This document shows positions 11,883 through 25,538 of a DNA stretch of 64,000 nt, one piece after another. Every line of letters starts with the position of its first letter. Position 1 is the stretch's first letter. This DNA is from Okamejei kenojei (lineage: Eukaryota), in assembly GCA_035221665.1 (NCBI GenBank), contig CM069154.1:5208001-5272000 (forward strand). Direction: 5' to 3'. Below the pieces are notes generated by a model. That model was given only the letters and a program-made list of their open reading frames with translations, had not been told where the DNA came from and made no database searches. The translations under genes were made by a program, and so were the position numbers.

Positions 11883-14245
11883 GTTCATGTTGCTGGTCAG
11901 ACACGAAAACATGTCCTTTGACCCAATTTCCCCACGCCGACCAAGATGCCCTTATCTACACTAGTCCCATCTGCCAGCCTTAGATGTTAATGTTGGAAGT
12001 ATGATTAACGAGTTTACAGATTACACCAAAATTGTATCATTTTGGATAGTACGATAATCATAGACCACAGAGGGATGAGAAGCAACTGGTATGTTGGGCA
12101 GAGCAATGCCAGCAGGTATTGAACCGTGATAAGTGTGAAGTTATTTGTTTTTGGCATCAAATAAGGGTAGACATTCACAATGGTAGGGCCACTGGGTATA
12201 CTAAGGACAGAGGGACTTTAGTCAGGGCCAAGGAGTATTTATCAATGGACTGGAATGTGATCAGCCAGGCTTACTCGAAGTACTGGGACTGATTTTACCG
12301 ACAACAGGATACGTTCCCCCTCTACTCAAACTGTCACAACTGAGAAAGGTTGCAGATGGTCACAATCTGCACCCCCCCCCCTAAAGAGAACATTAAATGT
12401 TTAAAATGATGTTCTGTGCCACTTTAGTGATGTGTGGGAGATGCTGCAGTTGGGAGCGCTCTAGCTCTGTGTGGGGAGATTCTTGGTTCGAATCCCAATC
12501 CAGAGATTTGAGCAAGGATCCTTCCTAGGCCACCTTAGATGGACCAAGCCCCTTGATCTAGACATGAGGCTCGCCCATTGAGATGTCAGCGCAGCGGTAG
12601 AGTTGCTGCCTCACAGCGCAGGAGTCCTGGGTTCGATCCTGACTACCGGTGCTGTCAGAGCAGAGTTTGTACGTTATACCTGTGATCACAAGAGTTTACT
12701 CCGGATCCTCCAGTTTCCTCCCACATTCCAAAGACGTGCGGGTTTGTAATAAATTGTCCCTAGTGTGTAGAACAGAACTGGTGTATGGGGTGATCGCTGC
12801 TCAGAGCGGTCTCGTTGGGCCAAAGGGTCACGCTGTATCTTTAAACTGAGCTGAACTGAACTGAACTAATTTGTTCTCAGATGAGGCTGAGTTGGCTCTT
12901 TGAATTACTAACCTGTTTGGAAAAGTTGAAACGAGAGACTCAGTGGAACTTGCTGCCTCGGTGGTGATGATCATATCTGGGCGGCTTGTTTGAGTCCCTT
13001 GTGGAGATAAAGTGAATGATGTTTTTTAACATTAAATGTCTGAAAGCACGTTCTATGCCACTTTCGTGAGGTGTGGGAGATGCCTCGGTTGGGAGCGTTC
13101 TTGCTCTGTATGTGGAGATTCCTGGGTTCAAATCCCAATCCAGAGATTTGAGCAAAGATCCTTCTGAGGCCACCATAGATGGACCAAGCCTCTTGATCTA
13201 GACAGGAGGCTCGCCCATTAAGATGCCACCGGATGGTCGCAAGCATTCAGAGACTTTTTTCATGCCCTTCAGAGTCCCACAGGCTGTGTTATCTTCCTGC
13301 TGCTAGAGTTAGGCCCATGTCTTCTACGTTGGTGATGAACTTGGGAGCGGGAGGATCCATGGACTATTTTCATTACGCGGACTGAATTGGAAATAATGCA
13401 ATTTGGTTGGAGGTATCTACCTGAAACATTAATTCTCGTGCTCTCTCCACAGATGCTGCCCGGCCTGTTGAGTATCTCATCTTGTACAGTTTGTGTGGCT
13501 CAGTGTAAAGTCTATATCACTCATCTCATGAGGATTCTTAGTTCATAAGTTCATAAGTGATAGGGGCAGAATGAGGCCATTTGGCCCATTGAGTCTACAT
13601 CGCCATTCAATCATGGGTGATCTATCTCTCCCTCTCAACCCCATCCTCCTGCTTTCTCCCCATATCGCTTGACACCCGTACTAATGGAGAACCTGTCAAT
13701 CTCCACCTTAAAAATACCCAGTGACTTGGCCCTCATTGGAAACACGGTAAAAACTTTTCCCTGTAGGTCGGTACAGACGACAACAATAAACTGAGCTCAT
13801 GAATCACCAAAGTTTGTGAGACACAAGGAATTGCAGGTGCTGGAATCTTGAGCAAAACACAAAGTGCTGGAGTAACTCAGCAGGTCAGGCAGCATCTGTG
13901 GAAGGAATGAATAGACGATGTATTGGCTTGGGACCCTTCTTCAGATGTTGTGTGCGTGGTGGGTGTGACAGTGACGGGCAGGGGGAGAGGGTGAGGGGGC
14001 GGTTCCCACCCCCCCCGCCCCCCCTTCCCCAGTGAGGGGGAACCAGAGGTTCTGGTCCCGGAGAGATCATCTTTGGGGAAACGAGCCACCAGCAGCAGAA
14101 CCGCCGGTCCCCATTGATGACCACCCCCCCCCCCACCCCCACGGACCCCCGGGGATGTGGCACCGAGTCACCGTCAGGACCAAGGCCGGAATTCCCAGGC
14201 TGGAATTTTCACATCTGGGAGAGTGAGGAGAGATCGTCAACGTAC

Positions 14246-14566
14246 CTTCAGAAACCTTCAATGAGATGGATGTCCTTTCATCGAAGTTCAATGGTATGTC
14301 TATCTCACACCAGTAGCGTCCTTCATCACTCTTCTCCAGGTTGTCGATGGTTACTGAAACTATCCGTTGTGTTTTGTTATCAGTCATCGATGTTCTCCCT
14401 CGTCGTGGGTCATCAGTATAAACCACGGTCTTAGATAACAGGTAATAATCACCTTTAAGCCATCGCTTCCTGTTGTCACTGTATTCCCGACCATACTGAC
14501 ATTCCAGAGTGACCGACTGCCCCAACTCTCCCCTCACCTCCTTGGGTCCAGTTATTCCCCTTGACC
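14246..14566 (-). CDS. Ig V-set exon, CD300/pIgR-like (intact, 321 nt)
   Basis: Acceptor CCAACAG|GG and donor GAAG|GTACG, both phase 1; ITGPKEVRGELGQSVTLECQY..W..GRTSMTDNKTQRIVSVTIDNLEKSDEGRYWC..ISLKVSE. Confidence 0.9.
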
Positions 14567-15442
14567 CTGTTGGCACATTAATGATGAAAGATCACTCACA
14601 CTGCAGCAACACAAGCTGAGTTTTAACAAAAAACATGTCATTTGTGCTGTCCAGACAGGTTCATGGTTTCGCATAGATCATGTGTAGCAAGGAACTGCAG
14701 GTGCTGGTTTACACCAAAGGAAGACACAAAGTGCTGGAGTAACTCAGCGGGACAGGCAGCATCTCTCGAGAAAAAAGATGGGTGTCCTTTTTGGGTCGGG
14801 ACCCTTCTTGATCTCCCGGTTGCCAACCCTGTCAACGTCCCTTCCCATTCCCACACTGACCTTTCTGTCCTGGGCCTCCTCCATTGCCATTAATGGAGAA
14901 CCAGTCAATCTCCACCTTAAAAATACCCAGTGACTTGGCCCTCATTGGAAACACGGTAAAAGCTTTTCCCTGTGCGTCGGTACAGACGACAACAATAAAC
15001 TGAGCTCATGAATCACCAAAGTTTGTGAGACACAAGGAATTGCAGGTGCTGGAATCTTGAGCAAAACACAAAGTGCTGGAGTAACTCAGCAGGTCAGGCA
15101 GCATCTGTGGAAGGAATGAATAGACGATGTATTGGCTTGGGACCCTTCTTCAGATGTTGTGTGAGTGGTGGGTGAGACGGTGACGAGCAGGAGGAGAGTG
15201 TGAGGGGGCGTTCTACCCCCCCGCCCCCCCTTCCCCAGTAGGGGGGCACCAGAGGCTCTGGTCCCGGAGAGATCATCTTTGGGGAAATGAACCACCAGCA
15301 GCAGAACCGCCGGTCCCCATTGATGACCACCCCCCAACAGACCCCCGGGGATGTGGCACCGAGTCACCGTCAGGACCGAGGCCAGGAATTCCCAGGCTGG
15401 AATTTTCACATCTGGGAGAGTGAGGAGAGATCGTCAACGTAC

Positions 15443-15759
15443 CTTCTGATACCTTCAATGAGATGGATGTCCTTTCATCGGAGTTCAATGATATGTCTAT
15501 CTCACACCAGTAGCATCCTTCATCACTCTTCTCCAGGTTGTCGATACTGAAACTATCCGTTGTGTTTTGTTATCAGTCATCGATGTTCTCCCTCGTCGTG
15601 GGTCATCAGTATAAACCACTGTCTTAGATAACGGGTAATAATCACCTTTAAGCCATCGCTTCCTGTTGTCACTGTATTCCCGACCATACTGACATTCCAG
15701 AGTGACCGACTGCTCCAACTCTCCCCTCACCTCCTTGGGTCCAGTTATTCCCCTTGACC
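15443..15759 (-). pseudogene. Ig V-set exon copy with a 4-nt deletion frameshift
   Basis: 317 nt versus 321 nt; tcgat----actg at about 15545 where the paralog has tcgatggttactg; splice sites intact. Confidence 0.85.
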
Positions 15760-16009
15760 CTGTTGGCACATGAATGATGAAAGATCACTCACACTGCAGC
15801 AACACAAGCTGAGTTTTAACAAAAAACATGTCATTTGTGCTGTCCAGACAGGTTCATGGTTTCGCATAGATCATGTGTAGCAAGGAACTGCAGGTGCTGG
15901 TTTACACCAAAGGAAGACACAAAGTGCTGGAGTAACTCAGCGGGACAGGCAGCATCTCTCGAGAAAAAGGATGGGTGTCCTTTTTGGGTCGGGACCCTTC
16001 TTGATCTCC

Positions 16010-16180
16010 CAGTTGCCAACCCTGTCAACGTCCCTTCCCATTCCCACACTGACCTTTCTGTCCTGGGCCTCCTCCATTGCTAGAATAAGGCCACATGCAA
16101 ATTGGAGGAACCGCACCTCATATTACGCTTAAGTAGTTTACAACCCAACGGTTTGAACGTTGAATTCTCTAATTTTAAGT
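16010..16180 (+). mobile_element. Penelope-like element fragment (GIY-YIG C-terminus); similar pieces at about 2770-2835, 39285-39345, 40310-40465 (minus) and 50116-50215 (plus)
   Basis: Translates as PVANPVNVPSHSHTDLSVLGLLHC*NKATCKLEEPHLILRLSSLQPNGLNVEFSNF, the typical end of a Penelope ORF. Confidence 0.7.
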
Positions 16181-16589
16181 ATCTTCTACTAACCTGCTCC
16201 CTCCCCTCCCCCCTTGACCCTTTTCTCCACCCTGGTGGGTGAGGGGCCGGTTTCCCCCCACCTGCCCCAGTGAGGGGGCGGCAGAGGTTCTGATCCCGGA
16301 GCGATCGTCTTTGGGGAAATGAGCCTCTGCAGCAGAACCGCCGGTAGCTGGGACCTCCCGTGGGGCTGGTGTCTGACAGTCCCCCCCCCCCTACCCCCAT
16401 ACTGCTCCTGGGACAGTGGGCTGTTGGTGTGTGGCCCCATAGGCGGGACCCCAGTAAATGAGGTATCCACCCCCCCCCCCTCACCCCGATCCCCGGGGAT
16501 GTGGCACCGAGTCACCGTCAGGACAGAGGCCGGAATTCCCAGGCTGGAATGTTCACATCAGGGAGAGTGAGGAGAGATCGTCAACGTAC

Positions 16590-16913
16590 CTTCTGAAACC
16601 TTCAATGAGATGGAGGTCGATTCAATAGATGAGTCTCTTCCCGTTTCTATCTGACACCAGTAGCGTCCTTCATCACTCTTCTCCAGCTTCTCGATGGTTA
16701 CTGAAACTATCCGTTGTATTTTGTTATCAGTCATCGATGTTCTCCCTTGTTGTGGGTGATCAGTAGAAACCACGGTCTCTGGTGACCGGTTATCATAACC
16801 TTTAAGCCATCGCTTCCTGTTGTCACTGTATTCCTGACCATACTGACATTCCACAGTGACCGACTGCCCCAACTCTCCCCTCACCTCCTTGGGTTCAGTT
16901 TCTCCCCTTGACC
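16590..16913 (-). CDS. Ig V-set exon, CD300/pIgR-like (intact, 324 nt)
   Basis: Phase-1 acceptor and donor; EVRGELGQSVTVECQY..RKRWLKG..DEGRYWCQIETGRDSSIESTSISLKVSE. Confidence 0.9.
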
Positions 16914-19172
16914 CTGTTGGCACATGAATGATGAACGATCACTCACACTGCAGCAACACAAGCTGAGGTTTAACAATAAAAAACATGTCATTTGTGCTGG
17001 GTACACAAAAGGCTGGAGAAACTCAGCGGGTTCAGCAGCATCTAAGGAGCGAAGGAGATGGGCAACATTTCGGGCCGAAAGCCTGTGCTGTTCAGACAGG
17101 TTCATGGTTTCGCATAGATCATGTGTAGCAAGGAACTGCAGGTGCTGGTTTACACCAAAGATAGACACAAAGAGCTGGAGTAACTCAGCGGGACAGGCAG
17201 CATCTCTGGAGAAACTGACGGGTGATGTTCCCTCACCCATTCCTTCTCTCCAGAGATGCTGCCCGGCCCGCTGAATTACTCCAGCATTTTGTGTCTCTCT
17301 TCTTTTGCATAGATCCTGTTGCACTTTAATGCTTTTCCCACTGGTGTTAATTCCCATTTCACCGGGATTGTTCCCCAAGTTCCAGTGAAAGCAGAACTGC
17401 TCCTGAATCTACCTGGCGCCCAGATCCTCCTTCCCTGTGGGCGTGGCTTGACCCGAGTGGTAGTCATGTGACACGCCAACATGTCAAGCCAACGTGTCTC
17501 TCACTCTGACCCACCCTGTGTTCAATCTCACTACAACCCACTTCCCCATTGAACTAGTAGAAACAAGGAACTGCAGATGCTGGTTAATGCACAAGAGGAC
17601 ACAAAGTGCTGGAGTAACTCAACGGGTCAGGAACTATCTCTGGAGAAAGTGGAACTCTCTGGGTGAACAGGTTTTTCCTCATCTGAGTCCTAAATGGCCT
17701 ACCCCTTATTCAGGTCTCAACCCTAAACGTCACCTATCCATGTTCTCCAGAGATGCTGTCTGACCTGCTGATTTACTCCAGCACTTTGTGCTTTACTAAA
17801 GCTGATTAGCCAGCTGCCTGTGATGGCTCAGCGGGTCAGGCAACATCGCTGGAGAACATGTTACGGGAGAGACATGGTGGCACAGGGGTAGAGTTGCTGC
17901 CTTACAGCGCCAGAGACCCATGTTTGATCCTGACCTCGGGTGCTGTCTGTACGGAGTTTGTACGTTCTCCCTATGACAGCGTGGGCTTTCTCCGGGTGCT
18001 CCAGTTTCCTCCCACACTCCAAAGATGTGCAGGTTTGTAGGTTAATTGGCTTTTGTTAAAATTGTAATTTGTTCCTTGTGTGTAGGATAGGGTTAGTGTG
18101 TCAGGTGATCGCTGGACGGCATGGTTTTGATGGGCCAAAGGGCCTGTTTCCGTGCTGTATCTCTAAAGTCACTAAAGGAAAGTCACCAAGAGATGCAGCT
18201 TGACCTGCAGTGTTACTCCAGCACTTTGTGTTTTAATAAAGCTGAATAGCCAGTTACCTGTGGTGACTCAGCAGGTCAGGCAGCATCTGTGGGGAACATG
18301 GATAGGTGACGTTTCAAGTCAAGTCCATGAGATACTGCCTGACCTACTGAGTTACGCCAGCACTTTGTGCCCCATTGAACTAAACTTCCCGGCCTGTGGT
18401 GGAAGCTGGATCTGCCACTGATGTTTCAAACTCCACGTCCACCTGGAATATTCATGAGGTGTCTTTTTCACACAAAGGGTGGTGGGTGTATGGAACAAAC
18501 TGCCAGAGGAGGTAGTTGAGGCAGGGACTATCCCATCATTTAAGAAACAGTTAGACAGGTACATGGATAGGACAGGTTTGAAGCGACATGGACCAAACGT
18601 GGACAGATGGGACTAGTGTTGCTGAGACATGTTGGACGTTGTGGGCAAGTTGGGCCAAAGGGCCTGTTTCTACACTGTATCACTCGATGATTCTAACACA
18701 TGTGAAACTCTGCAGATTCAGGAGCTGGGGTGGAGACACATCATCAGATCAGTCCAGGTCCGCTCACAAGCCACAAGACAAATGCTTTGAAGGAGAACTC
18801 ACAGCCTGGGGAAAGCACAGTGTGAAGAACAGCTTGAGCAGCAGAGTCTGTTGTAAGGCAGCTGGTTTTTCTCAGAAGGGAGAGGTTACCACAACTTCTC
18901 CAAATGCTATATTGGACAGTCACCCTGCTGCTTCCTCATTTGTGACACCCGCCTGCTCCCAATGGCTGGCTTCCGCAGACCACAACTGCTGATGGAAGTC
19001 TCTACAGGAACTAACGAGTGTTGAGCAATTCATCATCAGCTCCCCACACAGTACAGAGAGGTCTGTGGTTACAAATAATTCAAGGCGCTGGTAGCTAATT
19101 GTAATGAACAGAGCATTTTGTAAAACAACGATTTACTGATGTGAGACCAACAGCGACAAGAGCCAACAGAGT

Positions 19173-22100
19173 CTTTTTTTAAACCTTTTCAAGTTTTTTG
19201 TCCATCTCCTTTGTCATTTCATTGATCATTTCTGTGAATTCATTCTTCAAATCTTCCGATAATTTCTTGATCTTGTTATTAATATTTAAATTTGTTTCCT
19301 GTTGGAATTCTTTCAATTGATTATTCATCTGGTTCATCTGGCTGTTCATCTGGCTGTTCATCTAGTTCATCTGGCTGTTCATCTGGTTTATTTCTTCCCT
19401 TAAACCAGCAATCTGTTGAGAAATAAAAGTTTTCAATTCCTCACCTTCCTATGGAGGAAGTATTGGAACAACAGACGGCTGGTATAAAGAACCTTGAAGA
19501 AGTAGCTGATACAAGTGCTTTGACTACAGCAAAGTTGCTTACAGAAAATGAACGTCTAACGAACTTGCTGACTAAAAATAACAGAGAAATGTACTGAGCT
19601 AGAAGGACGCCAGAGAAGACAAAATCTGAGAATTGCAGGGATTCTGAAGGACGAGAGAAAAATGAAGATCCTCGAGAATTTACTGCAAACTTACTGCAAC
19701 GTGTTCTATCTCTGGAAGAAACGCCTTTATTAGCCCGTGCTCATAGAGTCAGCAGACGTCGGACCAGACCAAACGCCCCCCTCCAAGACAAATGATTATA
19801 AAGCTACAATATGACTTTGTCCTGGATGAGATTATGCGAAAAGCTTCGAGAAACAGAAACCTGGTATTTGAAGGACAAAGGATCAGTATCTACCGAGATT
19901 ATCCACCAGAGGTTGCCAGGAAACGGAAAGCATTTAATGAAGCTAAAAGTCTCATGAGGGATGTGGAAAACCTGAGATATGGTTTTGAATTACCCAGCTA
20001 CTTTAAGAGTTACTTTTAACGACGCGGAACATTTCTTTACCACCCCAACAGCAGCACTGGAATTCGCCCGGCAGTTCAAGACCTGAAAAATATCTACAAG
20101 TGAATATACTGACTCTCACTACTTTTAGAGATTTTACACGGATTCTCAACATCCTGCAAGATCTTACAAGATAACGTTGGACTGGACGGAATGGACAATG
20201 TCGAATGGAATCGAGAGAAAAAACTGGATCGGAAAAGCGTTATCTGGATATTAATAATTAGTCTCATCACATAACTAATATAAATAAATAACACAAATAT
20301 TAAAATCACAACGCGGTATTATTATTAGTATTATTTTTACCAATTAAGATTGTTCACTACTACTAATCACTACTACTAATAATTAACAACTAATGTTTAT
20401 TTAATGAATAGAGTTAAATATAGCGATGGATCTCATTTGGAGATCTTTCCTTATAACAGCAATTTTTACCTTGAATTTTAGTTTTTCTTTTTGTTTTACG
20501 GGATTTTTTATCCTTTTTTTTTTCTTATATAGCTTTTTCATTTTTCATGTTTAATATTACTTAGATTTTTAAATTAATTCTAGATATAGACACTTTTATA
20601 TCTTTAATCAGTAGAATTTGATAAATGTCTCCTTTTTTTTCTGTTTTCCCCCCTTTTTTTGATGAATCCTACCCTTTTTCTTTTTTTCCCTTTTTCTTTT
20701 ACCCTTTCCTTTTTTTTTTTCCCTTAATGTTATACCCCCGGTAAAATATTATTATGGAATAATAATTCTTTAAACCTAGGAGCTGGTCAAGTTAATAACA
20801 TCAACGACGGTAGCCATGCTAGTATGGCTAGCACTAACTGCAACTACTCTAGATGTAGTTTTTTCTATCTTTAAGCACACCACTAACCTCTTAATCTATC
20901 CTTTACTTTTCTTTTATACAATCTATTGTGTTTTTCAGTTTGAATGGAGTTACACATTGGACCAATGGAGATATATTCGTGTGGGACATAAACAAAATTT
21001 AAAATTCATCTATTCGATGTTCGGGTGTAAGGTTGGGTCTGTCGGGCTGATCCTTAGACTCTATTGTAGACCTCCATAAACATAAAAATGCAAGACTTAA
21101 AAAGGAATACGGGGAATGAGGGATTAACGTTTTGTAGTTGGAATGTTAAAGGTATTAATGAACCGATAAAGAGAGGAAATGTATTGACACATTTAAAGGC
21201 AACTAAAGCTGATGTAATTCATATTCAAGAAACTCACTTAAAAAAAGACGCCGAATATAGGTTGAAAGCTAAATGGATAGATAAAATGTATCACTCTTCT
21301 TTCACGCATAAATCAAGAGGCGTAGCAATATTATTTCGTAAAGGTACTTTATTTAAGCATACATCAACTATAACTGATAAAGATGGCAGATACATTATAG
21401 TGATAGGAGAATTAAACACAGAAAAAATGATTTTTGTTAATATATATGGACCAAATTTTGATAGCCCATTGTTTTTTAAGAAAGTACTTAACAATATTCC
21501 GGAATTAACACAATATAATTTAATAATTGGAGGAGATTTTAATTGCACACTAGACCCTTACTTAGATAGATCTACAAAGCAAAGAAAAACTAAATCACAC
21601 TCCAGTGACTTATTAAACGCATATATGCAAACGACTAACATTAAAGGTGTTTGGAGAACAGAAAACCCTACTGGACGAGAATACTCTTTTTACTCGCCAG
21701 TACATAAAACCTATTCAAGAATAGATTATTTTTTGGTGGACGCAAAACTTATTTCACTTACTTATGAATCCAAATATCATAACATTATAATTTCAGATCA
21801 TGCGCCATTAACATTTAAGATTAAAATAAATGGTAAAACAGAAAAATCAGGACAGTGGAAATTTAACCCACAAATTTTAAAAAATAAAACTACTCAGGAA
21901 TATATCACAACTCAAATTAAGATTTTTTTTTTAAACAAATGATCAACCAGAAATATCTTGCTCCTTATTATGGGGAAACATTCAAAGCATATCTCCGGGG
22001 AATCATGATCTCCTCACAAGCATTCCATAATAAAAAGATTCGGAAGGAACAACAAGATTTGGAAAGGGAGATTAAACAATTAGATATACAGAATGCAACA

Positions 22101-25100
22101 AAACCAGATATAATATTACACAATAAAATTGTAGCACTGAAATATAAATTAAATAAAATACATACAGATCAAGTTGTAAAACTTTATCAACATACCAAAC
22201 AATTACAGTTCGAATTTGGAGATAAACCCCAAAAATTATTGGCTCGACAATTAAGGAAAATGGAAGCTGAAAAAATTATCCATAGGATTAAATCACATAA
22301 TGACGAATTGTTAATACAACCCAAAGATATTAATGAAAGATTTATGCAATATTATAAAAACTTATACACTGCTAAAATAACAGTAAATAAAACAGAAATA
22401 GAAGCATTTAAAAAAAAAATGTAACCTGAAAGGATTGGATTTACAAAATAGAGAATTACTAAATGCTGATATCTCAACAAAAGAAATCCAAGAATCTATT
22501 AGATCATTAAAAAATGGTAAAACACTGGGACCAGATGGTATAGGTTCGGAATTTTATAAAATATTTCATGATCATATGGTTCCACGTTTGAAAATCATTA
22601 TATGAACAGATATACACACAGCAGAAATTACCAGAAACGTTGAATGAATCTATTATAACACTTATACCTAAAATAAATAAAGACTTGGATGAACCAGGAT
22701 CATTTAGAGCAATAGCTCTATTAAATACTGATCAAAAGATATTAACAAAAATACTAGCACAAAGGCTAAGTTCAGTTGTCAACGAATTAATCCATCCCGA
22801 TCAAACAGGATTTATACCAAAAAGATATTCCTCATACAATCTAAGACGGTTATTCAATATTATATATTCGAAAAGAAGTAATAAAAAAAGACTTAGTAGT
22901 CATTTCGCTTGACGCAGAAAAAGCTTTTGATCAAGTGGAATGGCCTTACCTATTTTCGGTTATGGAAGCTTTCAAATTGGGAGAGAAGTTTGCTACTTGG
23001 ATTAAATTGTTATATACAAATCCGACAGCTAGAATAACAACAAACCGAATGTTATCAACTAAATTCAGTTTATCTCGAGGTTGTAGACAAGGTTGCCCTT
23101 TATCACATTTATTGTTTGCACTCGCAATAGAACCTCTCGCCCAGAGGGTGAGATTACATCCGGAAATACATGGATATGATACTAGAGACACTAAAAATAA
23201 AATCTCCTTATATGCGGATGATGTATTACTTTATATCACTGAACCAGAAACAAGTATCCGAAATTTGTTAAAACTAATAACGGAATTCGGATCTTTCTCA
23301 GGATACAGTATTAATTGGAATAAAAGTGAACTCATGCCAATAACGGTGAATAACTTACATATATTACAACAATTCCCTTTTAAGATAACAAACAAAATAT
23401 TAAATATCTTGGGATTTTCGTTACAAAAAGATTTGACTCTTTATTTAAATTTAACTTCCCCCCATTATTGAATAAATTAAATAAGAATATTTTATACTGG
23501 AAAAGCTTACCTATTTCAATGTTAGGTAAAATTAATGCAATAAAAAATGATCTTTCTCCCCACAATTACTATATCTATTTCAATTAATTCCGATATATCT
23601 CCATAAACATTTTTTCAAAAAAGTAGATTCTCTAATTACTAACTTTATCTGGGATTATAAGAGCTATAGAATAAATAAAAAACACTTATGTAAACCCAAA
23701 ATAAATGGAGGATTAGCACTACCAAATTTTATGTTTTATTACTGGGCAGTCAATATTAAAAATATAAATTTTTGGCTAGAAGAAATAGATAATAAACCAA
23801 ATTGGTTAAAATATGGAAAAAAGAAGATTGTTCTCCATTTGAAATTAGCTCTATAATATTTGCTAACACTAACTTAGCTAAGAAAATTTATAGTGAAAAT
23901 CCGATAATAGAAAACGGAATCCGCATCTGGAAACAAATAAAGAAAACATTAAAACCAAAATCTATACCATTATGTCTTACCATCGCCAATAATGTTACGT
24001 TCATACCTTCAATGATGGATAAGGCTTTTTTACAATGGAAAAATAAAGGAATTACTAAGATGGGTGATCTTTATAAGGAAAACTCTTTCCTTTCATTTCA
24101 AGAGTTACAACAAACTTATGGACTACACAATAAAGAATATTTTAGATATTTACAAATCAGAAATTATGTTTCTGCAAATACACAAGAACATAGAAATAGA
24201 AAGACAGAAATTTTAGATGAATGCTTGAATAAACATCCAAATACGGAAAAAATGATATCATATATATACAATATTCTATTGGAAAGTGATGTTCCATCAA
24301 CAGAAATATATAGACAGTCTTGGGAAAATGAATTAGGCCAAATTATAAGGCCAGAAATATGGGATGAAAGTTTACAACATATACATCATTGCTCGTTAAA
24401 TGCTAAACATTCCCTTATACAGTTTAAAATACTACATAGATTACATTATTCCAAATCTAAATTACATAACATTTTTCCAAAAGTATCCTCTATATGTGAT
24501 AAATGTCAAAACTCAGAAGCAAATTTGTCACATTCATTCACTAACTGTATAAAAATTGCAAAATACTGGAATGAAATATTTAAGATAATTTCGAATGTTG
24601 TCAATATAACTTGACTCCTGATCCAAAGTTAATAATACTTGGAATACTAGAAACAGACCAACTAATAACAATGAACCAAAGAATTTTTATCGACTATGGT
24701 TTAATAATTGGGAAAAAATTAATACTAAAATTTTGGAAAGGCCCACATCCCCAACAATCAAAATGTGGAACACAGAAATGTCGGAGACACTTCATCTGGA
24801 GAGATTGAGGCTTGTCCTAATGGACAGGTTAGATCTCTTCAGAAAGATTTGGTCTCCATATATTTAATATTTACAGGGTCATAATGGTTCGGCACGAGGG
24901 CTTGACTGAGACCTGAATATTTGAATGGATGAAGGAATATATATAATAAATCATGAATATATCTCCAAGGACGGATTAATGATTAATACTCCATTCTCCA
25001 TCAAACTTTTCGCACTATTTTTCTCTATTTTTTCATACTTTATAAAAAATTAGAAAAATGTATAGAAACACATAATCTGAAATTTTTAATATCAATACGA

Positions 25101-25538
25101 ATATAAATATTACTAATATCATGAAAGTATTATTAGTATCATGTATTTTCAATTATATAAAATATATAATTTTAAATTTTAAAATCAATGATAATACAAA
25201 TATTATTAAACAGTATGAAAATATAATAAATATCATGAAGGTGTTACTAGTATTATGTATTTTCAATTATATAAAATATGGTCTTACATTTAAAAATCAA
25301 TGACAATACAAATATTATCAACAATACGAATATATCACTAATATTATGAATGTATTACTGGTACCCAGTATTTTCAATTATATAAAATATATAGTCTTAA
25401 AATTTTATAATCAATGATAATACAAATATTATTAACAGTACGAATATATCATTAATATCATGTTATTTTCATCATTGCAAAATAATGTACTTTGTTATTA
25501 TTTTGTTTCTATAATAAAAATAATCAACAAAAAAAAAA
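19173..25538 (+). mobile_element. Near-full-length L1-clade LINE with an inverted 5' segment (19173 to about 19450)
   Basis: ORF1 remnants 19451-20086; ORF2 APE endonuclease (SWNVKG, QETH, GGDFN, SRIDY, SDH) from 21088; RT (QGCPLS, YADD); poly(A); 15-bp TSD AAGAGCCAACA(G/T)AGT at 19158-19172 and 25539-25553. Confidence 0.95.
25070..25465 (+). repeat. AT-rich ~110-bp tandem repeat (3-4 units) in the L1 3' UTR
   Basis: Repeated AATCAATGA(T/C)AATACAAATATTAT..ATGAA.GT.TTA.TAG..ATTTTCAATTATATAAAATAT. Confidence 0.8.

Larger units (their letters stand above)
13682..16080. repeat. Recent ~1.2-kb tandem duplication, each unit carrying one V exon (13682-14890, 14891-16080); older third unit at about 16250-17215
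   Basis: Both units begin TAATGGAGAACC and end CCTCCTCCATTGC; the intronic sequence is near identical. Confidence 0.95.

Noticed and set aside
14246-16913. Possibility that the tandem V exons are rearranging Ig/TCR V segments
   Set aside because: Each exon includes its own G strand and ends in a splice donor; no heptamer/nonamer RSS follows the YWC motif.
25070-25465. Regularly spaced repeats resembling a CRISPR-like array
   Set aside because: Whole units are repeated without unique spacers, inside an L1 3' UTR in vertebrate DNA.
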